A stretch of DNA of 63,777 nt, filler included, from Octopus bimaculoides (Eukaryota), in NCBI RefSeq assembly GCF_001194135.2. It is 5 parts of 5 records of this genome, joined end to end, with 100 filler letters (N's around TTAATTAATTAA, not from the genome) between each part and the next. Parts side by side here need not be neighbours in the genome. Positions count along the whole stretch, not along the records: positions 61,083 to 63,777 come from NW_026433788.1; 4 more parts are not named here. One strand, 5' to 3'. Under the pieces are notes generated by a model. The model was not told the origin of the DNA and searched no databases. It was given only the letters and a program-made list of their open reading frames with translations. The first letter of the stretch is position 1, and every line of letters begins with the position of its first letter. A program made the position numbers and the translations under genes. Of the stretch, positions 62,731-63,777 are shown one piece after another.

Positions 62731-63777
62731 TATTTCAATATTAGTAAATAAGTCCTGTCTCGGTTCCTAAAACTCATAGAGCTGGTAACCCCTTTTTCCA
62801 TGGCGTTTAGGTTACCGAGATCAGAACACTACCCTAAAATAAAGCGCCAGTCTGTCACAAGATTACCCATTTACAGCCGAGCGACCTGGAGCAAATGAAG
62901 ATAAAGCTTTCTGCTCGAGGACAGAATGCACAGATCTCGGTCTGGGAAGCGAAACCACGATATTGAGATCAAGGGTGGATCACCCTATCTATTATGAAAC
63001 GGCTTAATTTTTTTTTTTTTTAATATAAACATGAAATATAACCTTCTTTCTTTTTCTTTTAAATGCTTCGAAAACATTTCGGAAAAAAACATGATATACA
63101 TTTCGTTGCTCCTGTTCTCCCCAGGATTAAAGTTCTTTGCTAGACTGTTTCCAAGCTTAATTCTGATTGGCTCTAAACAAGTGCATTGGCAAACAATGCA
63201 ATTCTGTCGTGCAGAGGAATCGGAGAAGTATAAATCAGAGAGAAAGAAAAGTTTTTTTTTCTTTTTTAATCAGCAATAATATAAACACCTTTTTGCGTTG
63301 ATATATGTATTTCCCAGATAGCTAGGAGAAGCTAATTTATGAATGATACAATAGCCACCTGACATCAGAGATAGAGTTGTTTTATTCCTGTTATAGATGC
63401 AAAGTGTTATCATTTAGAAAGGGTCATTTTTGTACTGTTGCATTTTCGTATGTTAGCAGTAAAGATCATTGATAAAGGTACCAATAGAGAGGATAGATTA
63501 TTTATTTGTTAGTTCAAAGTCGCAGCAGGCGATTTGGATGTTGTATGTGGTGAAATAAGAAGAAAGAGCGACTATGAAACTTTAGATGATTACGATATAT
63601 TTTGAGTGCAGTAATGGACATGGGTAGGGGATTTTGTAGGAAATATCTTTCAGCAACAGAGGAAGAGAGACAGGGAGAGAGAGAGGGGGTGGAGAGAAGG
63701 TGGGGAGAGAAAATAGCAGGAAATGAAATTGCATTTATGCACGTTTCAGACAAGAATATACATACATATGTATATAT

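Noticed and set aside
63452-63477. AVKIIDK resembling kinase subdomain II
   Set aside because: No Gly-rich loop or other kinase motifs anywhere in the window, and a 7-aa match can arise by chance.

Overview
Repeat-dense, AT-rich animal genomic DNA with many N gaps. The SINE families and microsatellite load look like Octopus (inference from recalled repeat sequences, not a search). I could not confidently identify any host protein-coding gene, tRNA, rRNA or CRISPR array. Most ORFs in the supplied track are microsatellite or N-gap artefacts. The supportable content is: three tRNA-derived SINE families (about 25 copies, including two head-to-tail trimers); two tandem L1/Tx1-type LINE 3' ends; a CR1-type LINE; R4/Dong-type RT and restriction-like endonuclease (REL) remnants; three mariner transposase remnants; a Helitron-like element; several fold-back/MITE elements; and a 30-bp minisatellite with three open frames. 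The most interesting signal is four Penelope-type minimal hammerhead-ribozyme motifs (2577, 20521, 34025, 55309) belonging to two families. Each copy has core substitutions, but the copies at 20521 and 55309 together rebuild an intact core. Several canonical-looking short exons exist on both strands but remain unverified. Boundaries of degenerate repeats are approximate.
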